Shown: positions 29,556 through 39,724, counted from the first letter of the whole stretch. The stretch is 63,959 nt of DNA, filler included, from a bacterium (GCA_040757115.1; 14 parts of 14 records of this genome joined end to end with filler, not necessarily neighbours in it); one strand, 5' to 3'. The notes: generated by a model from the letters alone, not told the origin. Program-made: numbers and translations.

Positions 29556-30881
29556 ATGCAAGGACTTGAGGCAATCTTAAATCCTTTTAAAGTCTATGAA
29601 TTAAGGAAAAGGATATTATTTACTCTCGGATTATTAGCCGTTTATAGATTAGGGGTAGCAGTACCTACGCCGGGTGTCGATGGAGCGGCATTAAGTTTCT
29701 TCTTCCAACAAGCAAGAGGAACAATAGTCGGATTATTAGACCTGTTTTCAGGTGGGGCATTTGAGCGGTTTTCTATCTTTGCCTTAGGAATTATGCCTTA
29801 CATCAGTGCCTCGATTATTATGTCTTTATTACAACCTGTTATTCCTTATCTCCAGAGATTATCAAAAGAAGGAGATGTTGGTAGAAAAAGAATTACTAAA
29901 TATACAAGGTATCTAACATTACTCATTGGACTTATTCAAGCCACGGGAATGAGTATCTGGATTCAAAATATGCAAACTCCAGACGGCAGAGGATTTGTTT
30001 TAAATCCAGGCATTGGCTTTCATATAATGACGGTTATGACGCTAACTACGGGCACGGCATTTGTAATGTGGCTTGGAGAACAAATTACAGACCGGGGTAT
30101 AGGCAATGGTAGTTCATTAATCATCTTTACAAGCATTATTTCAAGAATACCGCAGGCTATTCTTCAAAGTGGACATCGATTGCTAATAGGTGAAATGAGT
30201 ATTTTTGTCATTCTTTTTATCCTCGTGATTGGTATTTTACTTACGGCAAGTGTCGTGATGATAATTCAAGCACATCGCAAAATATCTGTTCAATATGGTA
30301 AACGGATTATCGGTCGTAAGGTCTATGGTGGTCAGAGCACCCATTTGCCTCTCCAGGTAAATATGGCGGGAGTCATACCGATTATCTTTGCCTCATCGCT
30401 TCTGGCTTTGCCGGCTACCTTTGTAACATTTCTGGGCACCCAACAGGCTGAATTTCTCACCTTCCTGTATAGACAATTAAATCCAGGTGGTGTTATTTAT
30501 CATTTGTTAATGGCAGCGGGTATTATCTTTTTTACTTATTTCTATATCGCGGTCATATTTAATCCAACTGATGTCGCCGATAATATGCGAAAATATGGTG
30601 GTTTTATCCCTGGTATTCGACCAGGTAAACCTACTGCTGACTATATCGAGCGGATTCTTAAAAGAATTACCTTCGTAGGTGCTATATTTTTAGCCTTGAT
30701 TGATTTTATTCCATCCGTAGTTATTCAATCAATGCATATACCTTTTTATTTCGGAGGAACTTCAATCCTTATTGTTGTTGGCGTAGCTCTGGATACGGTC
30801 AGACAAATTGAATCTCATCTTTTGATGAGACATTATGATGGATTTTTAAAGAAAGGTAGAATTAAAGGTAGATTTACATAA
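29556..30881 (+). CDS. secY: Preprotein translocase subunit SecY
   Basis: FSIFALGIMPYISASII, GIGNG, IPGIRPG, GGTSILIVV. Confidence 0.99.
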   Translation: MQGLEAILNPFKVYELRKRILFTLGLLAVYRLGVAVPTPGVDGAALSFFFQQARGTIVGLLDLFSGGAFERFSIFALGIMPYISASIIMSLLQPVIPYLQRLSKEGDVGRKRITKYTRYLTLLIGLIQATGMSIWIQNMQTPDGRGFVLNPGIGFHIMTVMTLTTGTAFVMWLGEQITDRGIGNGSSLIIFTSIISRIPQAILQSGHRLLIGEMSIFVILFILVIGILLTASVVMIIQAHRKISVQYGKRIIGRKVYGGQSTHLPLQVNMAGVIPIIFASSLLALPATFVTFLGTQQAEFLTFLYRQLNPGGVIYHLLMAAGIIFFTYFYIAVIFNPTDVADNMRKYGGFIPGIRPGKPTADYIERILKRITFVGAIFLALIDFIPSVVIQSMHIPFYFGGTSILIVVGVALDTVRQIESHLLMRHYDGFLKKGRIKGRFT

Positions 30882-31543
30882 TGCGATTAATATTTTTAGG
30901 ACCACCAGGCGTAGGAAAAGGAACCCAGGCAGAGTTAATTTCTAAAAAGTTTGAAATTCCACAAATCTCCACCGGTGATATTCTACGCCAGGCAGTGAAA
31001 GAGCAAACAGAACTGGGTCTGCGTGCCAAAAAATATATGGATAAAGGCGAGTTAGTCACCGATGAAATAATTATAAATTTGATAAAAGGACGATTGTTAG
31101 AAGATGATTGCAAAGCAGGTTTTATCCTTGATGGATTCCCAAGAACTATTGCTCAGGCAGAAACATTAACCGCGACATTGAAAGAAATGGGTATATCCTT
31201 AGATGCGGTTATAGACTTGAAGGTAAATGATGATGTCGTAATTAAACGATTAACCGGCAGAAGGGTTTGCAAAGCCTGCGGTTCTAATTTCCATATCTAT
31301 TATCAACCACCCAAAAATGAGTTTAAATGTGATAAGTGTGGGGGAGAACTTTATCAACGAGATGATGACAAAGAAGAGGTTATAACACGGCGATTAAAAG
31401 TTTTTAAAGAACAAACTGCTCCGTTAATTAATTATTATAAAAAGATTAATATCTTAAAAGAAGTAGATACCGATGCTGAAATACCACTGGTCTTTGATAG
31501 GATAATGAATGTGTTAGAAAAAAATGATTATCTTAAAATCTAA
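30881..31543 (+). CDS. adk: Adenylate kinase
   Basis: GPPGVGKGTQ, LDGFPRT, zinc lid. Confidence 0.99.
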   Translation: MRLIFLGPPGVGKGTQAELISKKFEIPQISTGDILRQAVKEQTELGLRAKKYMDKGELVTDEIIINLIKGRLLEDDCKAGFILDGFPRTIAQAETLTATLKEMGISLDAVIDLKVNDDVVIKRLTGRRVCKACGSNFHIYYQPPKNEFKCDKCGGELYQRDDDKEEVITRRLKVFKEQTAPLINYYKKINILKEVDTDAEIPLVFDRIMNVLEKNDYLKI

Positions 31544-32270
31544 ACAAGAAATAGAAAAGATACGAGTGGCAGGTAAAATAGTTGCTGAAGTCTTACAACA
31601 TCTTGTGCAAATAACCAGACCAGGCATAACGACGAAATATCTGGAAGAAATAGCCCATAAAATGATTATTAGTCGAAACGGAATACCATCATTCCTGGGA
31701 TATGAGGGATTTCCTGGGAGTATTTGCACCTCAATTAATCACGAAGTCGTCCACGGAATTCCTTCTGCAACACGAGTTCTTAAAAATGGAGACCTTTTGA
31801 AGATAGACTTAGGGGTTTTGTTAAATGGTTATCATGCAGACGCCGCAGTAACTGTTCCTATTGGACAAATAACTGCACAGGCAGAAAAATTAGTTCGGGT
31901 AGCAAAAGATGCCCTGAAAATAGGTATTTCTAAAGCAAGATTACCAAATAGATTAGGGGACATCTCTTATGCTATCGAATTTTATGCCCAATGTTATGGA
32001 TATGCGGTCACGCGTGATTATAGTGGTCATGGAATTGGACGAGATTTACATGAAGCACCACAAGTCCCTAATTTTGGTGAACAGGGTAAAGGACCACGAC
32101 TTAAATCAGGTATGGTTCTCTGTATAGAACCAATGATAAATACCGGTGATTATGAAATAGATGTATTAAATAATGGCTGGACAGTGGTAACAAGAGACAA
32201 AAGCTGGTCGGCTCATTTTGAACATACCATAGTCGTGACAGAAGATGAACCGGAGATATTGACAAAGTAG
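31524..32270 (+). CDS. map: Type I methionine aminopeptidase
   Basis: VVHGIP, GHGIG, IEPM, SAHFEHT. Confidence 0.99.
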   Translation: MIILKSKQEIEKIRVAGKIVAEVLQHLVQITRPGITTKYLEEIAHKMIISRNGIPSFLGYEGFPGSICTSINHEVVHGIPSATRVLKNGDLLKIDLGVLLNGYHADAAVTVPIGQITAQAEKLVRVAKDALKIGISKARLPNRLGDISYAIEFYAQCYGYAVTRDYSGHGIGRDLHEAPQVPNFGEQGKGPRLKSGMVLCIEPMINTGDYEIDVLNNGWTVVTRDKSWSAHFEHTIVVTEDEPEILTK

Positions 32271-32342
32271 CCATTGGAGAGTAAACAGTGAAGAGTGAGC
32301 AGTGAAAAGGAGTGCTCATTGATAACTGTGAAGAAGGTAAAT

Positions 32343-32561
32343 ATGCCAAAAGAAGAAACGATTAAAGTAGAAGGTATAGTTTCAGAGGTATTACCTAATA
32401 CTATGTTTCGAGTAGAACTCGAAAATGGACATAAAATATTGGCTTATATATCGGGTAAGATGCGAAAACATTTTATTCGAATCTTACCCGGTGATAAAGT
32501 CACGGTTGAATTATCACTGTATGATTTATCAAGAGGAAGAATCATCTATCGCGAAAAGTGA
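32343..32561 (+). CDS. infA: Translation initiation factor IF-1
   Basis: [26 protein letters not shown]. Confidence 0.99.
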   Translation: MPKEETIKVEGIVSEVLPNTMFRVELENGHKILAYISGKMRKHFIRILPGDKVTVELSLYDLSRGRIIYREK

Positions 32562-32579
32562 TAAAGGAGATAAAAAATA

Positions 32580-32693
32580 ATGAAAGTTAGAACTTCGGTT
32601 AAAAAAATTTGTGAAAAATGTAAGATAATTAAACGCAAAGGAATTATTCGCATCCTTTGCTCCAATCCTAAACATAAACAAAGACAAGGATGA
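32580..32693 (+). CDS. rpmJ: 50S ribosomal protein L36 (not in ORF track)
   Basis: [37 protein letters not shown]. Confidence 0.98.
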   Translation: MKVRTSVKKICEKCKIIKRKGIIRILCSNPKHKQRQG

Positions 32694-32766
32694 TTGGTAA
32701 ATTGTAACTAATCCCTTTATTACCATTTAACCAGTTACCAATTACCAGGCAAAAAGGAGGAAGACA

Positions 32767-33138
32767 TTGGCAAGAATTAGTGGAGTTGATTTACCAAGAG
32801 ATAAACGGGTAGAGGTCGGATTAACCTATCTATATGGAATAGGATTAACTACTTCACAAAAAATTCTCAAGATGGCAAATATTAAGCCAGATACCAGAGT
32901 TAGAGATTTAGCCGAGGATGAAGTTGTCAGAATTAGAAATATTATTGAGCATAGTTTTAAAGTTGAAGGAGACCTTCGTCGAGAAGTATCTACAAATATA
33001 AAGAGATTAACAGAAATTGGGTGTTATCGAGGGATGAGACATCGTCGTGGCTTACCAGTTCGAGGTCAACGCACACATACTAACGCCAGAACCAGAAGAG
33101 GGCCACGAAAAGTTGCGGGAATGATAAGGAAAAAATAA
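32767..33138 (+). CDS. rpsM: 30S ribosomal protein S13
   Basis: [25 protein letters not shown]. Confidence 0.99.
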   Translation: MARISGVDLPRDKRVEVGLTYLYGIGLTTSQKILKMANIKPDTRVRDLAEDEVVRIRNIIEHSFKVEGDLRREVSTNIKRLTEIGCYRGMRHRRGLPVRGQRTHTNARTRRGPRKVAGMIRKK

Positions 33139-33147
33139 AGAAAAAGG

Positions 33148-33376
33148 GTAACCGTTCAGGTAGTCCTTTACCGCAGAGACGCAGAGGAACAGAGAAGACA
33201 TAGAAATAAATTAGAGCACATAAAAGATTAGTGATGCAGACATGGAAATACTTATGACCTGCTTGCCGAATGTTCAGCAGGCAAGCCAGATTTGTTAATC
33301 TAATTTTCCCCTCTTGAGAGGGATTTTAGGGGTCTGTTTTTCTCTGCGTCTCTGTGTCTCTGCGGTGAACAATTAC
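33148..33376. mobile_element. MITE family B (GTAA-end) with 8-bp target duplication
   Basis: GTAACCGTTCA...TGAACAATTAC flanked by GAAAAAGG on both sides. Confidence 0.88.
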
Positions 33377-33395
33377 GAAAAAGGAGTTATAAAAC

Positions 33396-33800
33396 ATGCA
33401 AAAACCTAAAGGTGATAGTCAAACAAAAGGTAGACGAAAAAAGGAAAAAAAGGTAGTCCGAACAGGGATTGTTCATATTCAATCTACATTTAATAATACG
33501 ATTGTGACCATTACTGACCCAAAAGGTAATGTTCTTAGCTGGGCAAGTTGTGGAAGTGTTGGTTTTAAAGGAACAAAGAAAGGCACTCCTTTTGCTTCCC
33601 AGGTAGCCGCAGACACCGCCGCTAAAAAGGTAATGGATTATGGAATGAGTGAAGTCTCAGTTTTTGTTAGAGGACCAGGTTCAGGTAGAGAATCAGCTAT
33701 CCGCGCCTTGCAAGCCGCTGGATTAGATATTAAAGCAATTAAAGATGTTACCCCTATCCCCCATAACGGCTGCCGCCCACCGAAGAGAAGAAGGGTATAA
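33396..33800 (+). CDS. rpsK: 30S ribosomal protein S11
   Basis: [31 protein letters not shown]. Confidence 0.99.
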   Translation: MQKPKGDSQTKGRRKKEKKVVRTGIVHIQSTFNNTIVTITDPKGNVLSWASCGSVGFKGTKKGTPFASQVAADTAAKKVMDYGMSEVSVFVRGPGSGRESAIRALQAAGLDIKAIKDVTPIPHNGCRPPKRRRV

Positions 33801-33827
33801 TAAAAGGGGGCTGACTACATATCTTTT

Positions 33828-34011
33828 CTACCTGTGCGGTTAAATGTAAAATGGATAATGTCCAATGAGAAATGTCCAATGAAAATGTATAACTGAAAGG
33901 TAATGAGTCTTGCGAAGTACTAAAATTTCCCATTTTTCATTTCCTATTTTACATTTTACATTTATTTTTCCTTTGCGTCTCTGCGATGAATTAGTCTAAT
34001 CGCACAGGTCG
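33828..34011. mobile_element. MITE family D
   Basis: CTACCTGTGCGGTTA...TAATCGCACAGGTCG; related ends near 15545, 18551, 38334, 38531, 59193. Confidence 0.75.
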
Positions 34012-34027
34012 AAATCTTGCTTTCGCT

Positions 34028-34435
34028 TTAATCTCTATTTTCATCCTTTTTTGTGTCCACTCCAAATTGCTCATTAATTTCCGTCTCATTTTTGTATTGA
34101 TTAATCTTCTGGTGTTGTTCTACGCTATATAGAAATTCTTGAAAAGTAATTGAATTACAGGTTTGGTGTATCTCTGGAGATTTAAAGGGATGAAGATGCC
34201 ACCCATCTGTGTTGTCTATGCCAAATATTCTTTTTTTATTTTTAATTAAAGCATAGGCAATTTTTTGTGTATCTGCATTGTAAAATATATCAATGAATGT
34301 CCCATCGGTTAAATAGACTCGAATTTTCACTATCATATCATCAAGAATATTAACTTCAAAACTTTCAACCAATTCTGACTTAGAAGCGACATTAATAATC
34401 TCTTTTGAAAACTCAATCGGGCTTAAATTAACCAT
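34028..34435 (-). CDS. DUF6516-like protein (putative toxin)
   Basis: RIFGIDNTDGWHLHP motif; overlaps upstream small gene. Confidence 0.55.
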   Translation of the reverse strand: MVNLSPIEFSKEIINVASKSELVESFEVNILDDMIVKIRVYLTDGTFIDIFYNADTQKIAYALIKNKKRIFGIDNTDGWHLHPFKSPEIHQTCNSITFQEFLYSVEQHQKINQYKNETEINEQFGVDTKKDENRD

Positions 34436-34728
34436 TCTCGAATACCTTCAATCTTTTTCTTCCTTGAGATTAATCCTTCCCATTCCCAGTAGTCTTTTTC
34501 TACCTCAAATGAATATTTATCAGGGATTTTCCCTTCCTTCCACTGGCGTGCAAATTCCTCAAAAGACAATTTGTATTTACCCTCAAAGACAAAAATTTCC
34601 CTCTCTATAATTTCCAATCGATGTTCAACAATATCCCTAAGTGTAATCTGCAATGCTACATCAAACCGTGGTTCTCCTGTTAATTCGGTTAATATTTTTT
34701 GTGTTGATTTTGAGATTACTTCAGGCAT
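34423..34728 (-). CDS. Putative antitoxin-like protein
   Basis: FEGKYKLSFEEF...EKDYWEWE pattern. Confidence 0.6.
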   Translation of the reverse strand: MPEVISKSTQKILTELTGEPRFDVALQITLRDIVEHRLEIIEREIFVFEGKYKLSFEEFARQWKEGKIPDKYSFEVEKDYWEWEGLISRKKKIEGIREWLI

Positions 34729-34769
34729 TTTATCCCCCTCTTTTATTATACTTTTTCTTCCCCATTTTC

Positions 34770-34867
34770 ATTATACCCCATCAACATAGAATTTGTCAAC
34801 TATAAAATTAAGCAAAAAGGGGTTGAACTTAAAAACTAAGTCCAACCCCTTATGTTTAATCGTCGTT
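34770..34867 (-). repeat. Terminator-plus-promoter unit, copy 1
   Basis: Minus strand GGGGTTGGACTT..AAGTTCAACCCC-TTTTT then TTGACA-N18-TATAAT; direct repeat of 35209-35305. Confidence 0.8.
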
Positions 34868-34908
34868 GTTAAATGCGTCTGACTTAGAAATCAATAGCTA
34901 TAATTTGG

Positions 34909-35007
34909 TTAGTGCTTGACTTCTTTTCTATCCTGATAGACAAAATATATGGCTAATGGAAGACATACAATAATTAATCCTCCTAAAACGATATAAACAC
35001 CCTCCAT
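34909..35007 (-). CDS. 32-aa single-TM small protein (not in ORF track)
   Basis: MEGVYIVLGGLIIVCLPLAIYFVYQDRKEVKH; GGAGG upstream. Confidence 0.5.
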   Translation of the reverse strand: MEGVYIVLGGLIIVCLPLAIYFVYQDRKEVKH

Positions 35008-35011
35008 TTTC

Positions 35012-35203
35012 TTATTCCTCCTTTTCTGGGGTAATAATATATGCTATTACACCTAGGACAACAGCTAAACAAACCCCAATCACGATATACTTATAGTCAA
35101 ATTTATTAAATATACTTCCTATGACAATAACAGTTAATATATATTTTATTACATCAAATAATGTATTGGCAATCTTTTCCTTTTTATTATATCTCTTTTT
35201 CAT
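35012..35203 (-). CDS. Small two-TM membrane protein
   Basis: 63 aa with two hydrophobic segments. Confidence 0.65.
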   Translation of the reverse strand: MKKRYNKKEKIANTLFDVIKYILTVIVIGSIFNKFDYKYIVIGVCLAVVLGVIAYIITPEKEE

Positions 35204-35208
35204 TTTTT

Positions 35209-35305
35209 ATTATACTCCATAAATTAGAATTTGTCAAGTATAAAATTAAGCAAAAAGGGGTTGGACTTAAAACTTAAGTCCAACCCCTTGTGTTTAATCG
35301 TCGTT
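35209..35305 (-). terminator. Intrinsic terminator of the porin gene followed by a sigma70 promoter (unit copy 2)
   Basis: AAGGGGTTGGACTTAA-gtt-TTAAGTCCAACCCCTT TTT; TTGACA-N17-TATAAT. Confidence 0.8.
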
Positions 35306-35326
35306 TCTTATCTGCATCTCTGAAAA

Positions 35327-36385
35327 TTAGAGATTAATGTTCACAATCGCCTTGATTCCATCGTAATCATCGAGGTACTTAATATTATCATCTACTTCAT
35401 TATCAATGTACTCTATTTTCAGATAAGCGTTATCACAGAGTTTGTAACCTGCACCGAGCTCTAATCTCTCTTCATCATCCTTTGGATCTGTAATTGAATA
35501 CCCTGAAAGGCTCGTATTAGGTTCCTTGGTGCTGTAACGGGCGGCAACCCACCATGGTGTCTCACCATTACCATACACTAACTCAAGCACTAAATAATCA
35601 ATGTCGTCTGTGATAATGTAATTAGCAATACCTCCCTTTATCTCGAGATTTCCCAGAGCGGCTGCGAATTTCCACAATCCACTTGCATATGCGGCATCAA
35701 TTATCCATAAATCTCCTTCATCTGTTTCGTTAACCTGATCTGCACAGTCATCGGTATGGTAAGTAGCTCCAAGAGTTAAACCCGGTATTGCTGGACAATC
35801 ACCTGAGAGGTTAAGTGTAATCGCCTTCTCACCATTAGTGTCTTTGCAGTTTCGTTTACCACAATTGCCGTAGCCATTGGTGATTCCCAATTTACAGTCA
35901 ACACCACCCATTGTTTTACTCATCAGCAACCCATCATCTATCGCAAAGTCTGCCATATCATCGGCTAATACTGAGTTGAAGATCAATGGGTTATGCATTG
36001 TGTTAGCATTCTCTGATGCCTTTTGATACTCTGCACCTAATGGTAGATCTACTCGTCCAATCTGGAGAGATGCATCCGGGATAATCCTGTCGGTTATCTC
36101 CACATACACACATCTTTTCGTCACATTGCACACTTCACAAGTTGAGCGAAGTTGAGCAACGCCTACCACCCCATCACATACATCTGCCTTGACATCAAGA
36201 TTGAGCTTTATGTTAGAGAATTGAAGCTCATCACTCACAGTACCACTTGGTGTAGTGGGAGTACCGTAATCCATTTTCTCAATCCCTGCCATAATCTGTC
36301 CTGACCACTCTATCGTCGCAGATGCCGGTACAGTAAACATCAGCACCACTAAACTCGCCACTAAATAAACTAAAGTCTTTTTCAT
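35327..36385 (-). CDS. Putative outer-membrane porin, cysteine-rich
   Basis: Signal peptide; amphipathic beta-strands; LQIGRVDLPLGAE, LGAGYKL..NAYLKIEY. Confidence 0.7.
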   Translation of the reverse strand: MKKTLVYLVASLVVLMFTVPASATIEWSGQIMAGIEKMDYGTPTTPSGTVSDELQFSNIKLNLDVKADVCDGVVGVAQLRSTCEVCNVTKRCVYVEITDRIIPDASLQIGRVDLPLGAEYQKASENANTMHNPLIFNSVLADDMADFAIDDGLLMSKTMGGVDCKLGITNGYGNCGKRNCKDTNGEKAITLNLSGDCPAIPGLTLGATYHTDDCADQVNETDEGDLWIIDAAYASGLWKFAAALGNLEIKGGIANYIITDDIDYLVLELVYGNGETPWWVAARYSTKEPNTSLSGYSITDPKDDEERLELGAGYKLCDNAYLKIEYIDNEVDDNIKYLDDYDGIKAIVNINL

Positions 36386-36585
36386 AATTTTTTTGTTCCT
36401 CCTTTAAAAAAGGTTTTTCTTAAGGTTCAAACCTTAAGTTTAACTTTTTCCCCTGTACCTTAAATATAGTAAACAAACATTTTACTTGTTGTCTTTCTCG
36501 CCTCACACTGGAAGCTTGCGTTCCCGTCCCACAAGCCTTCTGTTTGTTATCTCTGGTAAAACAGGCACCCTACCTGTTTTCCTTA

Positions 36586-36690
36586 TTGCCCGGCAAACCA
36601 AATTGGAGGAACTTTTTCACCACCTTTCTTTGCAAGATTGGGCAGGCACAAGGTACTCTTTTTTATCTCTTTTATATTTTTAACCGTAAA
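36586..36690 (-). promoter_or_regulatory. Conserved 5' leader motif, copy 3
   Basis: Same core as 7512-7601 and 15958-16048, upstream of a non-homologous gene. Confidence 0.6.
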
Positions 36691-36829
36691 AATTTATCTT
36701 CCTTCTTCAGAATGTCATCGGGATTTACATCCTTTCTTTTTTCTAAAGAAGCATTTCTCCATCAGATAAACTCTTACGGATTGTCCTGGGTAATTATATC
36801 TCAAAGAGCGAACATATCAAAATTATGGT

Positions 36830-36993
36830 GGACGGTTCACTTTTGTTTGAAAGATTGCGCTTAGAAATTGAAATTGGGACAAAAATCAACCACATTTCTC
36901 CCTAATTTCGCATTCCCAATTTCATCTCCAATTTCAACCTTCTGTGAACGCCCAAAAGAAATCAGGAGAAAAGCGATGAAAATGAACCGTCCC
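36830..36993. mobile_element. MITE family K
   Basis: GGACGGTTCA...TGAACCGTCCC; inverted relative at 49114-49255. Confidence 0.7.
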
Positions 36994-37026
36994 ACTAATG
37001 GTTATTATTCATCTCTATCTTTTGTG

Positions 37027-37416
37027 TTAATGGTTTATTTTTATTATCCGTAGTTTAGTTACTCTTGGGTCGATAATTACCTCATCGTGTTCAAAGTCCA
37101 GTTTCATTCGCCAGGATTGTAAGGTTTTTGCACCGATGATAGTTTGTTCTGATAATTCTGGCACTAACATAAATTCATCCGATAACCGTAATCCATCAAT
37201 ATAGAAATCAAGACTAACTCGTTCATTAGCGGTTAGTTTTTCTTTCTCTTTAGCCGTCTCAAACTCCATTGGTTTTGGTAATTTTTCAGGGATACCTAAT
37301 ATCTTTGCCAATTCAGGGACAACACAGGAGTAAGTAGAGCCTGAATCAAATAATGCACAGACCTCTTTTTCCCCTTTTGAGCCTACTAATCTAATATTTT
37401 TTTCAATTACTGCCAT
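37027..37416 (-). CDS. Retropepsin-like aspartic protease
   Basis: ALFDSGS catalytic motif; IIGAKTL. Confidence 0.8.
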   Translation of the reverse strand: MAVIEKNIRLVGSKGEKEVCALFDSGSTYSCVVPELAKILGIPEKLPKPMEFETAKEKEKLTANERVSLDFYIDGLRLSDEFMLVPELSEQTIIGAKTLQSWRMKLDFEHDEVIIDPRVTKLRIIKINH

Positions 37417-37445
37417 TAAATTTACCTTTTCGTCAGATACTTCCT

Positions 37446-37925
37446 TTACAGTAACCCTGCGGCACGCATTGCCTGAGCAAACTTTATCTCTTGTCCGGCA
37501 TATTCCCGTAATACCTTTTCTATCTTCTTCTCTTGCTCTTCTACTATCTTTATTCGTTTAACCGCGGGAGATAATGCCGTTCTACGGTCCCACATAACAA
37601 ATCCCACCAGAGCAACCATTCCTCCTAATAGAGCAAACATACCGCCACATATTATTCCAAAACCCCATTTTAAATCATTTCTTAACTCATCTATTTGTCG
37701 TTGTAAGCTTTTTTGATTATTATCTATTTGTCGTTGTAAGTTTTTTTGATTATCATCTATTTGTCGTTGTAAACTTCTTTGGTTCTCTTCTATCCTTGAT
37801 AGTCTTTCTATTAATTCTTTTGCAGAAATAGTTATTGTTTCCTGGGTTTGAGCACCTACTATATTTATATTAGACCCGATGAGAAAACTAACAATTACAT
37901 AGCCTAATATTATTTTTTTAGTCAT
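37446..37925 (-). CDS. Coiled-coil membrane protein with 11-residue tandem repeats
   Basis: NQxxLQRQID x3 (33-nt repeat) then a TM helix. Confidence 0.75.
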   Translation of the reverse strand: MTKKIILGYVIVSFLIGSNINIVGAQTQETITISAKELIERLSRIEENQRSLQRQIDDNQKNLQRQIDNNQKSLQRQIDELRNDLKWGFGIICGGMFALLGGMVALVGFVMWDRRTALSPAVKRIKIVEEQEKKIEKVLREYAGQEIKFAQAMRAAGLL

Positions 37926-38278
37926 TTAAAATTATATTACCACATCCCCCCTTATTTGTCAAGTATTTTTTTGATTGACTTCAAATTTTTATTTTTTTAT
38001 ACACACTAATTATCGACAAAACAAGACGAAAACTTTAATTATCTCTCAGGGAAGATAAAGGTGGGTATTAAAATAGATATGTTTTTTTGAAAAGATAGAA
38101 AATATTTACACTGTCCCACCTTTCTAAAGCATTCCCCTCCACATACTTAAGTTAAGGCACCAGACAGATTCTCACTCATTAAATAATCTGCTCAAGACTT
38201 CCTCCTATTAAATTGTGAATATAATATCATATATTCTTAAATTTGTCAAGTGTTTTTTTTGATTTAGTGAAAAAAAAT

Positions 38279-38789
38279 GTAACTGTTCACCGCACAGACA
38301 CAGAGACGCAGAGAAAAAAATTAAAATTTATCCACCTGTGCAATTAGAAATAAAAGGATAATTGATTAAACAGATTACATTTTTTTATTGTAAGCGGATT
38401 AAACAGATTTTTTTAGTAAGCGGATTGAGCGGATTGAGCGGATTTTTTTTATTTCTTTTTCCGCTAAATCCGTTAAATCCGCTTACTAAATCCACCCGCT
38501 TACTATTAAAAATCTGCTTCCTTAATTTTCTACCTGCACAGGTCGAAATTTATTGGTAACTATTCAGCCACAGATGGACACAGATGAAACACTGAAAATT
38601 CGTAATCCGTGTCCGTAATTAGGCTGAAGGTTTTTCCTCCTTCTGCCCTCTGCCTTCTGCCCTCTGCCCTCTGCCTTCTGCTATTTATCCGTGCTAATCC
38701 GTATCTATCAGTGGCTGAATAGTTACTTTATTTCTATGTCTTCTTTGTTCCTCTGCGTCTCTGCGGTAAAGGACCACCTGATCGCTTAC
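38279..38789. mobile_element. Composite MITE: family B containing family D (~38333-38545) and family C (38556-38726)
   Basis: Three pairs of termini; B interior resumes after C. Confidence 0.8.
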
Positions 38790-39724
38790 CTCAACAGCCA
38801 CTTAATTTCTTCTTTTAATCCTTCTCTCAGGTTAACCCGAGGATGATATTTTAAGATTTTTTGTGCCTTTGAAATATCCGCCCAGGTATGAAGAACATCA
38901 CCATATTGAGTTTGAGCGTGTTGTGTCGTCCCAGATTTACCTAAAATTTCCTCAATTAAATTAATTACCTGGCTCAAGACAACATGGCTACCACCACCAA
39001 TATTAAATACTTCGCCATTGACATCAATTCTGGCTGCCTGAATAGTTGCTTCAACAATATCTGCCACAAAGGTAAAATCCCTTGTCTGATTGCCTAATCC
39101 ATAGACCTGGATTTCCTGATTTTGTAAGATAGCAGAAATAAATTTATGGAAAGCCATATCCGGTCTTTGCCTGGGTCCATAAACAGTAAAATAGCGTAAA
39201 GAAACCGTAGGCACACCAAAATTTTTAAAGTAAAGATAGCATAAGTGTTCTCCGGCTAATTTTGAGACACCATAAGGTGAAACTGGCTGGAGTCTTCCAT
39301 CCTCACGCATTGGGAGAATATCTGTATCGCCATAAACAGAAGAAGAGGAAGCATAGACAAATTTCTTTAATTGGGGCATATCTTTACTTCCCTCAAGTAA
39401 GACCTGAGTGGCTAAGATATTGTTTTGGGTATATATTTCAAAATTTTTGCCCCAACTGGCTCTAACACCTGCCTGCGCGGCTATATGAAAGATATATTCT
39501 ATCTCAGATAAAAGTGTAGATAAATCTACTTTCAAAATATCTGCCTCTAAAAACGAAAAATTCTTAGCCTTGACTAAATCTTTTAAATTATCTTCCTTTG
39601 TTTTCCGAAGATAGGACTCAAGGAAGGCATCAATTCCTTTTACATAGTAGCCTTCTTTGATTAATCTCTCAGCTAAATGTGAACCAATAAATCCGGCACA
39701 GCCCGTAACTAATGCAGTCGTCAT
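38786..39724 (-). CDS. NAD-dependent nucleotide-sugar epimerase/dehydratase
   Basis: TGCAGFIG, YGVSK, YGPRQRPDMAFH. Confidence 0.95.
   Translation of the reverse strand: MTTALVTGCAGFIGSHLAERLIKEGYYVKGIDAFLESYLRKTKEDNLKDLVKAKNFSFLEADILKVDLSTLLSEIEYIFHIAAQAGVRASWGKNFEIYTQNNILATQVLLEGSKDMPQLKKFVYASSSSVYGDTDILPMREDGRLQPVSPYGVSKLAGEHLCYLYFKNFGVPTVSLRYFTVYGPRQRPDMAFHKFISAILQNQEIQVYGLGNQTRDFTFVADIVEATIQAARIDVNGEVFNIGGGSHVVLSQVINLIEEILGKSGTTQHAQTQYGDVLHTWADISKAQKILKYHPRVNLREGLKEEIKWLLR

Noticed and set aside
36500-36690. Known riboswitch (for example c-di-GMP-I) in the porin leader
   Set aside because: GGGACGGGAACGCAAGC is only superficially similar; the consensus architecture could not be matched by eye
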